Source of the DNA: Eledone cirrhosa
Lineage: Eukaryota
Direction of reading: 5' to 3'
DNA: 64,000 nucleotides
Assembly (NCBI GenBank): GCA_964016885.1
Contig: OZ024740.1
Location: 406,100,001-406,164,000, forward strand
In this document: piece by piece, positions 12,106 to 24,326 of the stretch
Layout of the letters: every line of letters starts with the position of its first letter
How positions within the stretch are numbered: position 1 is the stretch's first letter
The notes under the pieces: model-generated
What the model was told of the DNA's origin: nothing
The model's input: the letters and a program-made list of their open reading frames with translations, nothing else
The model's database searches: none
Made by a program: the position numbers and the translations under genes

Positions 12106-15100
12106 GTTAATGGTGTTAGAGTTGGTGTTAATAGTGTTAGAGTTGGTGTTAATGGTGTTAGAGTTGGTGTTAATGGTGGTAGAGTTGGTGTTAAAGGTGT
12201 TAGAGTTGGTGTTAATGGTGGTAGAGTTGGTGTTAATGGTGTTAGAGTTGGTCTAATGGTGGTAGAGTCGGTGTTAATGGTGTTAGAGTTGGTGTTAATG
12301 GTGGTAGAGTTGGTGTTAATGGTGTTAGAGTTGGTGTTAATGGTGTTAGAGTTGGTGTTAATGGTGTTAGAGTTGGTCTTTAATGGTGGTAGATTTGGTG
12401 TTAATATTGGTAGAGTTGGTCTTTAATGGTGGTAGAGTTGGTGTTAATGGTCGTAGAGTTGGTTTTAATGGTGTTAGAGTTGGTGTTAATGGTGTTAGAG
12501 TTGGTGTTAATGGTGTTAGAGTTGGTGTTAATGGTGGTAGAGTTGGTCTTTAATGGTGGTAGAGTTGGTGTTAATGGTGGTAGAGTTGGGGTTAATGGTG
12601 TTAGAGTTGGTGTTAATGGTGTTGGAGTTGATGTTAATGGTGGTAGAGATGGTGTTAATGGTGGTAGAGTTGGTGTTAATGGTGGTAGAGTTGGTGTTAA
12701 TGGTGGTAGAGTTGGTGTTAATGGTGGAAGTGTTGGTGTTAATTGTGTTGGAGTTGGTGTTAATGGTGTTAGAGTTGGTGTTAATGGTGGTAGAGTTGGT
12801 GTTAATATTGGTAGAGTTGGTGTTAATGGTGGTAGAGTTGGTGTTAATGGTGTTATAGTTGGTGTTAATGGTGTTAGAGTTGGTTTTAATGGTGGTAGAG
12901 TTGGGGTTAATGGTGTTAGAGTTGGTCTTTAATGTTGGTAGAGTTGGTGTTAATGGTGTTAGAGTTCGTGTTAATGGTGCTAGAGTTGGTGTTACTGGTG
13001 GTAGAGTTTGTGTTAATGGTGGTAGAGTTGGTCTTTAATGGTGGTAGAGTTGGTGTTAATGGTGGTAGAGTTGGTGTTAATGGTGGTAGAGTTGGTGTTA
13101 AAGGTGTTAGAGTTGGTGTTAATGGTGTTAGAGTTGGGTTTTAATGGTGGTAGAGTTGGTGTTAATGGTGGTAGAGTCGGTGTTAATGGTGTTAGCGGTG
13201 GTGTTAATGGTGGTAGAGTTGGTGTTAATGGTGGTAGAGTTGGTGTTAATGGTGGTAGAGTTGCTCTTTAATGGTGTTAGATTTGGTGTTAATGGTGTTA
13301 GAGTTGGTGTTAATGGTGGTAGAGTTGCTGTTAATGGTGTTAGAGTTGGTCTTTAATGGTGGTAGTGTTGGTGTTAATGGTGTTAGAGTTGGTGTTAATG
13401 GTGGTAGAGTTGGTGTTAATGGTGGTAGAGTTGGTGTTAATGGTGGTAGAGTTGGTGTTAATGGTGGTAGAGTTGGTCTTTAATGGTGGTAGAGTTGGTG
13501 TTAATTGTGGTAGAGTTGGTGTTAATCGTGGTAGAGTTGGTGTTAATGGTGTCAGAGTTGGTGTTAATGGTGGTAGAGTTGGTGTTAATGGTGTTAGAGT
13601 TGGTCTTTAATGGCGGTAGAGCTGGTGTAAATGGTGTTAGAGTTGGTGTTAATGGTGTTAGAGTTGATATTAATGTTGGTAGAGTTGGTGTTAATGGTGT
13701 TAGAGTTGGTGTTAATGGTGGTAGAGTTGGTTTTAATGGTGTTAAAGTTGGTCTTTAATGGTAGTAGAGTTGGTGTTAATGGTGTTAGAGTCGATGTTAA
13801 TGGTGTTAGAATTGGAGTCAATGGTGTTAGAGTTGGTGTTAATGGTGTTAATGGGGGTAGAGTTGCTGTTAATGGTGTTAGAGTTGGTGTTAATGGTGGT
13901 AGAGTTGGTGTTAATGGTGTTAGAGTTGGTGTTAATGGTGCTAGAGTTGGTGTTAATGGTGGTAGAGTTTGTGTTAATGGTGGTAGAGTTGGTCTTTAAT
14001 GGTGGTAGAGTTGGTGTTAATGGTGGTAGAGTTGGTGTTAATGGTGGTAGAGTTGGTGTTAATGGTGTTAGAGTTGGTGTTAATGGTGTTAGAGTTGGTG
14101 TTAATGGTGGTAGAGTTGGTGTTAATGGTGTTAGAGTTGGTGTTAATGGTGCTAGAGTTGGTGTTAATGGTGTTAGAGTTGGTGTTAATGGTGTTAGAGT
14201 TGGTGTTAATGGTGGTAGAGTCGGTCTTAATGGTGTTAGAAATGGTGTTAATGGTGGTAGAGTTGGTGTTAATGGTGGTAGAGTTGGTGTTAATGGTGGT
14301 AGAGTTGGTGTTAATGGTGTTAGAGTTGGTGTTAATGGTGTTAGAGTTGGTGTTAATGGTGGTAGAGTTGGTGTTAATGGTGGTAGAGTTGGTGTTAATG
14401 GTGGTAGAGTTTGTGTTAATGGTGGTAGAGTTGGTCTTTAATGGTGGTAGAGTTGGTGTTAATGGTGGTAGAGTTGGTGTTAATGGTGGTAGAGTTGGTG
14501 TTAAAGGTGTTAGAGTTGGTGTTAATGGTGTTAGAGTTGGGTTTTAATGGTGGTAGAGTTGGTGTTAATGGTGGTAGAGTCGGTGTTAATGGTGTTAGCG
14601 GTGGTGTTAATGGTGGTAGTGTTGGTGTTAATGGTGGTAGAGTTGGTGTTAATGGTGGTAGAGTTGCTCTTTAATGGTGGTAGTGTTGGTGTTAATGGTG
14701 TTAGAGTTGGTGTTAATGGTGGTAGAGTTGGTGTTAATGGTGGTAGAGTTGGTGTTAATTGTGGTCGAATTGGTGTTAATGGTTATTAGATTTGGTGTTA
14801 GAGTTGATGTTAATGGTGGTAGAGTTGGTGTTAATGGTGTTAGAGTTGGTGTTAATGGTGGTAGAGTTGGTCTTTAATGGTGGTAGAGTTGGTGTTAATT
14901 GTGGTAGAGTTGGTGTTAATCGTGGTAGAGTTGGTGTTAATGGTGTCAGAGTTGGTGTTAATGGTGGTAGAGTTGGTGTTAATGGTGTTATAGTTGGTCT
15001 TTAATGGCGGTAGAGCTGGTGTAAATGGTGTTAGCGTTGGTGTTAATGGTGTTAGAGGTGGTGTTAATGGTGTTAGAGTTGGTGTTAATGGTGTTAGAGT

Positions 15101-18100
15101 TGGTGTTAATGGTGTTATAGTTGGTGTTAATGGTGGTAGAGTTGGTTTTAATGGTGTTAAAGTTGGTCTTTAATGGTGGTAGAGTTGGTGTTAATGGTGT
15201 TAGAGTCGATGTTAATGGTGTTAGAATTGGAGTTAATGGTGTTAGAGTTGGTGTTAATGGTGTTAATGGGGGTAGAGTTGCTGTTAATGGTGTTAGAGTT
15301 GGTCTTTAATGGTGGTAGAGTTGGTGTTAATGGTGTTAGAGTTGGTGTTAATGGTGTTAGAGGTGGTGTTAATGGTGTTAGAGTTGGTGTTAATGGTGTT
15401 AGAGTTGGTGTTAATGGTGTTATAGTTGGTGTTAATGGTGTTAGAGTTGGTCTTTAATGGTGTTAGAGTTGGTGTTAATGGTGTTAGAGTTGGTGTTAAT
15501 GGTGTTAGAGTTGGTGTTAATGGTGGTAGAGTTGGTCTTTAATGGTGGTAGAGTTGGTGTTAATGGTGGTAGAGTTGGTGTTAATGGTGGTAGAGTTGGT
15601 GTTAATGGTGGTAGAGTTGGTGTTAATGGTGGAAGTGTTGGTGTTAATTGTGTTGGAGTTGGTGTTAATGGTGTTAGAGTTGGTGTTAATGGTGGTAGAG
15701 TTGGTGTTAATATTGGTAGAGTTGGTGTTAATGGTGGTAGAGTTGGTGTTAATGGTGTTATAGTTGGTGTTAATGGTGTTAGAGTTGGTTTTAATGGTGG
15801 TAGAGTTGGTGTTACTGGTGTTAGAGTTGGTGTTAATGGTGCTAGAGTTGGTGTTAATGGTGGTAGAGTTTGTGTTAATGGTGGTAGAGTTGGTCTTTAA
15901 TGGTGGTAGAGTTGGTGTTAATGGTGGTAGAGTTGGTGTTAATGGTGGTAGAGTTGGTGTTAAAGGTGTTAGAGTTGGTGTTAATGGTGTTAGAGTTGGG
16001 TTTTAATGGTGGTAGAGTTGGTGTTATTGGTGGTAGAGTCGGTGTTAATGGTGTTAGCGGTGGTGTTAATGGTGGTAGAGTTGGTGTTAATGGTGGTAGA
16101 GTTGGTGTTAATGGTGGTAGAGTTGCTCTTTAATGGTGTTAGAGTTGGTGTTAATGGTGTTAGAGTTGGTGTTAATGGTGGTAGAGTTGCTGTTAATGGT
16201 GTTAGAGTTGGTCTTTAATGGTGGTAGTGTTGGTGTTAATGGTGTTAGAGTTGGTGTTAATGGTGGTAGAGTTGGTGTTAATGGTGGTAGAGTTGGTGTT
16301 AATGGTGGTAGAGTTGGTGTTAATTGTGGTCGAATTGGTGTTAATGGTTATTAGATTTGGTGTTAGAGTTGGTGTTAATGGTGGTAGAGTTGGTGTTAAT
16401 TGTGTTAGAGTTGGTGTTAATGGTGGTAGAGTTGGTCTTTAATGGTGGTAGAGTTGGTGTTAATTGTGGTAGAGTTGGTGTTAATCGTGGTAGAGTTGGT
16501 GTTAATGGTGTCAGAGTTGGTGTTAATGGTGGTAGAGTTGGTGTTAATGGTGTTAGAGTTGGTCTTTAATGGCGGTAGAGCTGGTGTAAATGGTGTTAGA
16601 GTTGGTGTTAATGGTGTTAGAGTTGATATTAATGTTGGTAGAGTTGGTGTTAATGGTGTTAGAGTTGGTGTTAATGGTGGTAGAGTTGGTTTTAATGGTG
16701 TTAAAGTTGGTCTTTAATGGTGGTAGAGTTGGTGTTAATGGTGTTAGAGTCGATGTTAATGGTGTTAGAATTGGAGTTAATGGTGTTAGAGTTGGTATTA
16801 ATGGTGTTAATGGTGGTAGAGTTGCTGTTAATGGTGTTAGAGTTGGTCTTTAATGGTGGTAGAGTTGGTGTTAATGGTGTTAGAGTTGGTGTTAATGATG
16901 TTAGAGTTGGTGTTAATGGTGTTAGAGTTGGTGTTAATGGTGTTAGAGTTGGTGTTAATGGTGTTATAGTTGGTGTTAATGGTGTTAGAGTTGGTCTTTA
17001 ATGGTGGTAGATTTGGTGTTAATATTGGTAGAGTTGGTCTTTAATGGTGGTAGAGTTGGTGTTAATGGTGGTAGAGTTGGTGTTAATGGTGTTAGAGTTG
17101 GTGTTAATGGTGTTAGAGTTGGTGTTAATAGTGTTAGAGTTGGTGTTAATGGTGGTAGAGTTGGTCTTTAATGGTGGTAGAGTTGGTGTTAATGGTGGTA
17201 GAGTTGGGGTTAATGGTGTTAGAGTTGGTGTTAATGGTGTTAGAGTTGATGTTAATGGTGGTAGAGATGGTGTTAATGGTGGTAGAGTTGGTGTTAATGG
17301 TGGTAGAGTTGGTGTTAATGGTGGTAGAGTTGGTGTTAATGGTGGAAGTGTTGGTGTTAATTGTGTTGGAGTTGGTGTTAATGGTGTTAGAGTTGGTGTT
17401 AATGGTGGTAGAGTTGGTGTTAATATTGGTAGAGTTGGTGTTAATGGTGGTAGAGTTGGTGTTAATGGTGTTATAGTTGGTGTTAATGGTGTTAGAGTTG
17501 GTTTTAATGGTGGTAGAGTTGGGGTTAATGGTGTTAGAGTTGGTCTTTAATGTTGGTAGAGTTGGTGTTAATGGTGTTAGAGTTGGTGTTAATGGTGCTA
17601 GAGTTGGTGTTAATGGTGGTAGAGTTTGTGTTAATGGTGGTAGAGTTGGTCTTTAATGGTGGTAGAGTTGGTGTTAATGGTGGTAGAGTTGGTGTTAATG
17701 GTGGTAGAGTTGGTGTTAAAGGTGTTAGAGTTGGTGTTAATGGTGTTAGAGTTGGGTTTTAATGGTGGTAGAGTTGGTGTTAATGGTGGTAGAGTCGGTG
17801 TTAATGGTGTTAGCGGTGGTGTTAATGGTGGTAGAGTTGGTGTTAATGGTGTTAGAGTTGGTGTTAATGGTGGTAGAGTTGCTGTTAATGGTGTTAGAGT
17901 TGGTCTTTAATGATTGTAGTGTTGGTGTTAATGGTGTTAGAGTTGGTGTTAATGGTGGTAGAGTTGGTGTTAATGGTGGTAGAGTTGGTATTAATGGTGG
18001 TAGAGTTGGTGTTAATTGTGGTCGAATTGGTGTTAATGGTTATTAGAGTTGGTGTTAGAGTTGGTGTTAATTGTGGTAGAGTTGGTGTTAATCGTGGTAG

Positions 18101-21100
18101 AGTTGGTGTTAATGGTGTCAGAGTTGCTGTTAATCGTGGTAGAGTTGGTGTTAATGGTGTTAGAGTTGGTCTTTAATGGCGGTAGAGCTGGTGTTAATGG
18201 TGTTAGAGTTGGTGTTAATGGTGATAGAGTTGATATTAATGTTGGTAGAGTTGGTGTTAATGGTGTTAGAGTTGGTGTTAATGGTGGTAGAGTTGGTTTT
18301 AATGGTGTTAAAGTTGGTCTTTAATGGTGGTAGAGTTGGTGATAATGGTGTTAGAGTCGATGGTAATGGTGTTAGAATTGGAGTTAATGGTGTTAGAGTT
18401 GGTGTTAATGGTGTTAATGGTGGTAGAGTTGGTGTTAATGGTGTTAGAGTTGGTGTTAATAGTGGTAGAGTTGGCGTTAATGGTGTTAGAGTTGGTGTTA
18501 ATGGTGTTAGAGTTGGTGTTAATGGTGTTAGAGTTGGTGTTAATGGTGGTAGAGTTGGTCTTTAATGGTGGTAGAGTTGGTCTTTAATGGTGGTAGAGTT
18601 GGTGTTAATGGTGTTAGAGTTGGTGTTATAGTGTTAGAGTTGGAGTTAATGGTGGTAGAGTTGGTGTTAATTGTGGTAGAGTTGGTGTTAATGGTGGTAG
18701 AGTTGCTATTAATTGTGTTAGAGTTGGTGTTAATAGAGTTAGAGTTGGTGTTAATGGTGGTAGAGTTGGTGTTAATGGTGGTAGAGTTGGTGTCAAAGGT
18801 GTTATAGTTGGTGTTAATGGTGTTAGAGTTGGTCTTTAATGGTGGTAGATTTGGTGTTAATATTGGTAGAGTTGGTCTTTAATGGTGGTAGAGTTGGTGT
18901 TAATGGTGGTAGAGTTGGTTTTAATGGTGTTAGAGTTGGTGTTAATGGTGTTAGAGTTGGTTTTAATGGTGTTAGAGTTGATGTTAATGGTGGTAGAGAT
19001 GGTGTTAATGGTGGTAGAGTTGGTGTTAATGGTGGTAGAGTTGGTGTTAATGGTGGTAGAGTTGGTGTTAATGGTGGAAGAGTTGGTGTTAATTGTGTTA
19101 GAGTTGGTGTTAATGGTGTTAGAGTTGGTGTTAATGGTGGTAGAGTTGGTGTTAATATTGGTAGAGTTGGTGTTAATGGTGGTAGAGTTGGTGTTAATGG
19201 TGGTAGAGTTGGTTTTAATGGTGTTAAAGTTGGTCTTTAATGGTGGTAGAGTTGGTGTTAATGGTGTTAGAATTGGTGTTAATGGTGTTAGAGTTGGTGT
19301 TAATGGTGGTAGAGTTGGTGTTAATGGTGGTAGAGTTGGTGTTAATGGTGGTAGTGTTGGTGTTAATGGTGGTAGAGTTGGTCTTTAAGGGTGGTAGAGC
19401 TGGTGTTAATGGTGGTAGAGTTGCTGTTAATGGTGTTAGAGTTGGTGTTAATGGTGGTAGAGTTGGTGTTAATGTTGGTAGAGTTGGTGTTAATGGTGGT
19501 AGTGTTGGTGTTAATGGTGGTAGAGTTGGTCTTTAAGGGTGGTAGAGTTGGTGTTAATGGTGGTAGAGTTGGTGTTAATGGTGTTATAGTTGGTCTTTAA
19601 TGGCGGTAGAGCTGGTGTTAATGGTGTTAGAGTTGGTGTTAATGGTGTTAGAGTTGATATTAATGTTGGTAGAGTTGGTGTTAATGGTGTTAGAGTTGGT
19701 GTTAATGGTGGTAGAGTTGGTTTTAATGGTGTTAAAGTTGGTCTTTAATGGTGGTAGAGTTGGTAATAATGGTGTTAGAGTCGATGTTAATGGTGTTAGA
19801 ATTGGAGTTAATGGTGTTAGAGTTGGTGTTAATGGTGTTAATGGTGGTAGAGTTGCTGTTAATGGTGTTAGAGTTGGTCTTTAATGGTGGTAGAGTTGGT
19901 GTTAATGGTGTTAGAGTTGGTGTTAATAGTGGTAGAGTTGGCGTTAATGGTGTTAGAGTTGGTGTTAATGGTGTTAGAGTTGGTGTTAATGGTGTTAGAG
20001 TTGGCAGAGTTGATGTTAATGGTGGTAGAGTTGGTGTTAATGGTGGTAGAGTTGGTCTTTAATGGTGGTAGAGTTGGTCTTTAATGGTGGTAGAGTTGGT
20101 GTTAATGGTGTTAGAGTTGGTGTTATAGTGTTAGAGTTGGTTTTAATGGTGTTAGAGTTGATGTTAATGGTGGTAGAGATGGTGTTAATGGTGGTAGAGT
20201 TGGTGTTAATGGTGGTAGAGTTGGTGTTAATGGTGGTAGAGTTGGTGTTAATGGTGGAAGAGTTGGTGTTAATTGTGTTAGAGTTGGTGTTAATGGTGTT
20301 AGAGTTGGTGTTAATGGTGGTAGAGTTGGTGTTAATATTGGTAGAGTTGGTGTTAATGGTGGTAGAGTTGGTGTTAATGGTTGTAGAGTTGGTTTTAATG
20401 GTGTTAAAGTTGGTCTTTAATGGTGGTAGAGTTGGTGTTAATGGTGTTAGAATTGGCGTTAATGGTGTTAGAGTTGGTGTTAATGGTGGTAGAGTTGGTT
20501 TTAATGGTGTTAGAGTTGGTCTTTATTGGTGGTAGAGTTGGTTTTAATGATGTTAGAGTTGGTGTTAATGGTGGTAGAGTTGGTGTTAATGGTGGTAGTG
20601 TTGGTGTTAATGGTGGTAGAGTCGGTGTTAATGGTGGTAGTGTTGGTGTTAATGGTGGTAGAGTTGGTCTTTAAGGGTGGTAGAGCTGGTGTTAATGGTG
20701 GTAGAGTTGCTGTTAATGGTGTTAGAGTTGGTGTTAATGGTGTTAGAGTTGGCGGAGTTGGTGTTAATGGTGGTAGAGTTGGTGTTAATGGTGGTAGAGT
20801 TGGTGTTAATGGTGGTAGTGTTGGTGTTAATGGTGGTAGAGTTGGTCTTTAAGGGTTGTAGAGTTGGTGTTAATGGTGGTAGAGTTGCTGTTAATGGTGG
20901 TAGAGTTGGTCTTTAAGGGTGGTAGAGTTGGTGTTAATGGTGGTAGAGTTGCTGTTAATGGTGTTAGAGTTGGTCTTTAATGGTGGCAGAGTTGCTGTTA
21001 ATTGTGGTAGAGTTGGTGTTAATGGTGGTAAGTTGGTGTTAATGGTGTTAGAGTTGGTGTTAATGGTGGTAGTGTTGGTGTTAATGTTGGAAGAGTTGGT

Positions 21101-24100
21101 GTTAATGATGTTAGAGTTGGTGTTAATGGTGGTAGAGTTGGTGTTAATGGTGGTAGAGTTGGAGTTAATGGTGTTAGAGTCGGTGTTAATGGTGTTAGAG
21201 TTGGTGTTAATGGTGGTGGAGTTGGTGTTAATGTTGGTAGAGTTGGTGTTAATGGTGGTAGAGTGGGTATTAATGGTGTTAGAGTTGGTGTTAATGGTGG
21301 TAGAGTTGGTGTTAATGGTGGTAGAGTTGGTGTTAATGGTGGTAGAGTTGCTGTTAATGGTGGTAGAGTTGCTCTTTAATGATGGTAGAGTTGGTGTTAA
21401 TGGTGGTAGAGTTGGTGTTAATGGTGGTAGAGTTGGTCTTTAAGGGTGGTAGAGTTGGTGTTAATGGTGGTAGAGTTGGTATTAATGGTGGTAGAGTTGG
21501 TCTTTAAGGGTGGTAGAGTTGGTGTTTATGGTGTTAGAGTTGGTGTTAATGGTGTTAGAGTTGGTGTTAATGGTGGTAGAGTTGGTCTTTAATGGTGGTA
21601 GAGTTGGTGTTAATGGTGGTAGAGTTGGTGTTAGAGTTTGTGTTAATGGTGGTAGAGTTGGTGTTAATGGTCTTAGAGTTGGTGTTAGAGTTTGTGTTAA
21701 TGGTGTTAGAGTTGGTGTTAATGGTGGTAGAGTTGGTCTTTAATGGTGGTAGAGTTGGTGTTAATGGTGGTAGAGTTGGTGTTAGAGTTTGTGTTAATGG
21801 TGGTAGAGTTGTTGTTAGAGTTGGTGTTAATGGTGGTAGAGTTGGTGTTAATGGTGTTAGAGTTGGTGTTAGAGTTTGTGTTAATGGTGTTAGAGTTGGT
21901 GTTAATGGTGGTAGAGTTGGTCTTTAATGGTGGTAGAGTTGGTATTAATGGTGGTAGAGTTGGTGTTAATGGTGGTAGAGTTGGTGCTAATGGTGTTAGA
22001 GTTGGTCTTTAATGGTGGTAGAGCTGGTGTTAATGGTGGTAGAGTTGGTGTTAATGGTGGTAGAGTTGGTCTTAATGGTGTTAGAGTTGGTGTTAATGGT
22101 GGTAGAGTTGGTGTTAATGGTGGTAGAGTTGGTGTTAATGGTGGTAGAGTTGGTGTTAATGGTGGTAGAGTTGGTGTTAATGGTGGAAGAGTTGGTGTTA
22201 ATTGTGTTAGAGTTGGTGTTAATGGTGTTAGAGTTGGTGTTAATGCTGGTAGAGTTGGTGTTAATATTGGTAGTGTTGGTGTTAATGGTGGTAGAGTTGG
22301 TGTTAATGGTGGTAGTGTTGGTGTTAATGGTGGTAGAGTTGGTCTTTAAGGGTGGTAGAGCCGGTGTTAATGGTGGTAGAGTTGCTGTTAATGGTGTTAG
22401 AGTTGGTGTTAATGGTGTTAGAGTTGGCGGAGTTGGTGTTAATGGTGGTAGAGTTGGTGTTAATGGTGGTAGAGTTGGTTTTAATGGTGTTAAAGTTGGT
22501 CTTTAATGGTGGTAGAGTTGGTGTTAATGGTGTTAATGGTGTTAGAGTTGGTGTTAATGGTGGTAGAGTTGGTGTTAATGGTGGTAGAGTTGGTTTTAAT
22601 GGTGTTAGAGTTGGTCTTTATTGGTGGTAGAGTTGGTGTTAATGATGTTAGAGTTGGTGTTAATGGTGGTAGAGTTGGTGTTAATGGTGGTAGTGTTGGT
22701 GTTAATGGTGGTAGAGTTGGTGTTAATGGTGGTAGTGTTGGTGTTAATGGTGGTAGAGTTGGTCTTTAAGGGTGGTAGAGCTGGTGTTAATGGTGGTAGA
22801 GTTGCTGTTAATGGTGTTAGAGTTGGTGTTAATGGTGTTAGAGTTGGCGGAGTTGGTGTTAATGGTGGTAGAGTTGGTGTTAATGGTGGTAGAGTTGGTG
22901 TTAATGGTGTTAGAGTTGGTCTTTAATGGTGGTAGAGTTGGTCTTTAAGGGTGGTAGAGTTGGTGTTAATGGTGGTAGAGTTGCTGTTAATGGTGGTAGA
23001 GTTGGTCTTTAAGGGTGGCAGAGTTGGTGTTAATGGTGGTAGAGTTGCTGTTAATGGTGGTAGAGTTGGTCTTTAAGGGTGGTAGAGTTGGTGTAAATGG
23101 TGTTAGAGTTGGTGTTAATGGTGTTAGAGTTGGTGTTAATGGTCTTAGAGTTGGTGTTAATGGTGGTGGAGTTGGTGTTAATGGCGGAAGAGTTGGTGTT
23201 TATGGTGTTAGAGTTGGTGTTAATGGTGTTAGAGTTGGTGTTAATGGTGGTAGAGTTGGTCTTTAATGGTGGTAGAGTTGGTGTTAATGGTGGTAGAGTT
23301 GGTGTTAGAGTTTGTGTTAATGGTGGTAGAGTTGGTGTTAGAGTTGGTGTTAATGGTGGTAGAGTTGGTGTTAATGGTGTTAGAGTTTGTGTTAATGGTG
23401 TTAGAGTTGGTGTTAATGGTGGTAGAGTTGGTCTTTAATGGTGGTAGAGTTGGTATTAATGGTGGTAGAGTTGGTGTTAATGGTGGTAGAGTTGGTGCTA
23501 ATGGTGTTAGAGTTGGTCTTTAATGGTGGTAGAGCTGGTGTTAATGGTGGTAGAGTTGGTGTTAATGGTGGTAGAGTTGGTGTTAATGGTGTTAATGGTG
23601 GTAGAGTTGGTGTTAATGGTGGTAGAGTTGGTGTTAATGGTGGTAGAGTTGGTGTTAATGGTGGTAGAGTTGGTGTTAATGGTGGAAGAGTTGGTGTTAA
23701 TTGTGTTAGAGTTGGTGTTAATGGTGTTAAAGTTGGTCTTTAATGGTGGTAGAGTTGGTGTTAATGGTGTTAATGGTGTTAGAGTTGGTGTTAATGGTGG
23801 TAGAGTTGGTTTTAATGGTGTTAGAGTTGGTCTTTATTGGTGGTAGAGTTGGTGTTAATGATGTTAGAGTTGGTGTTAATGGTGGTAGAGTTGGTGTTAA
23901 TGGTGTTAGAATTGGTGTTAATGGTGTTAGAGTTGGTGTTAATGGTGGTAGAGTTGGTGTTAATGGTGGTAGAGTTGGTTTTAATGGTGTTAGAGTTGGT
24001 CTTTATTGGTGGTAGAGTTGGTGTTAATGATGTTAGAGTTGGTGTTAATGGTGGTAGAGTTGGTGTTAATGGTGTTAGAGTTGGTCTTTAATGGTGGTAG

Positions 24101-24326
24101 AGTTGGTCTTTAAGGGTGGTAGAGTTGGTGTTAATGGTGGTAGAGTTGCTGTTAATGGTGGTAGAGTTGGTCTTTAAGGGTGGCAGAGTTGGTGTTAATG
24201 GTGGTAGAGTTGCTGTTAATGGTGGTAGAGTTGGTCTTTAAGGGTGGTAGAGTTGGTGTTAATGGTGGTAGAGTTGGTGTTTATGGTGTTAGAGTTGGTG
24301 TTAATGGTGTTAGAGTTGGTGTTAAT

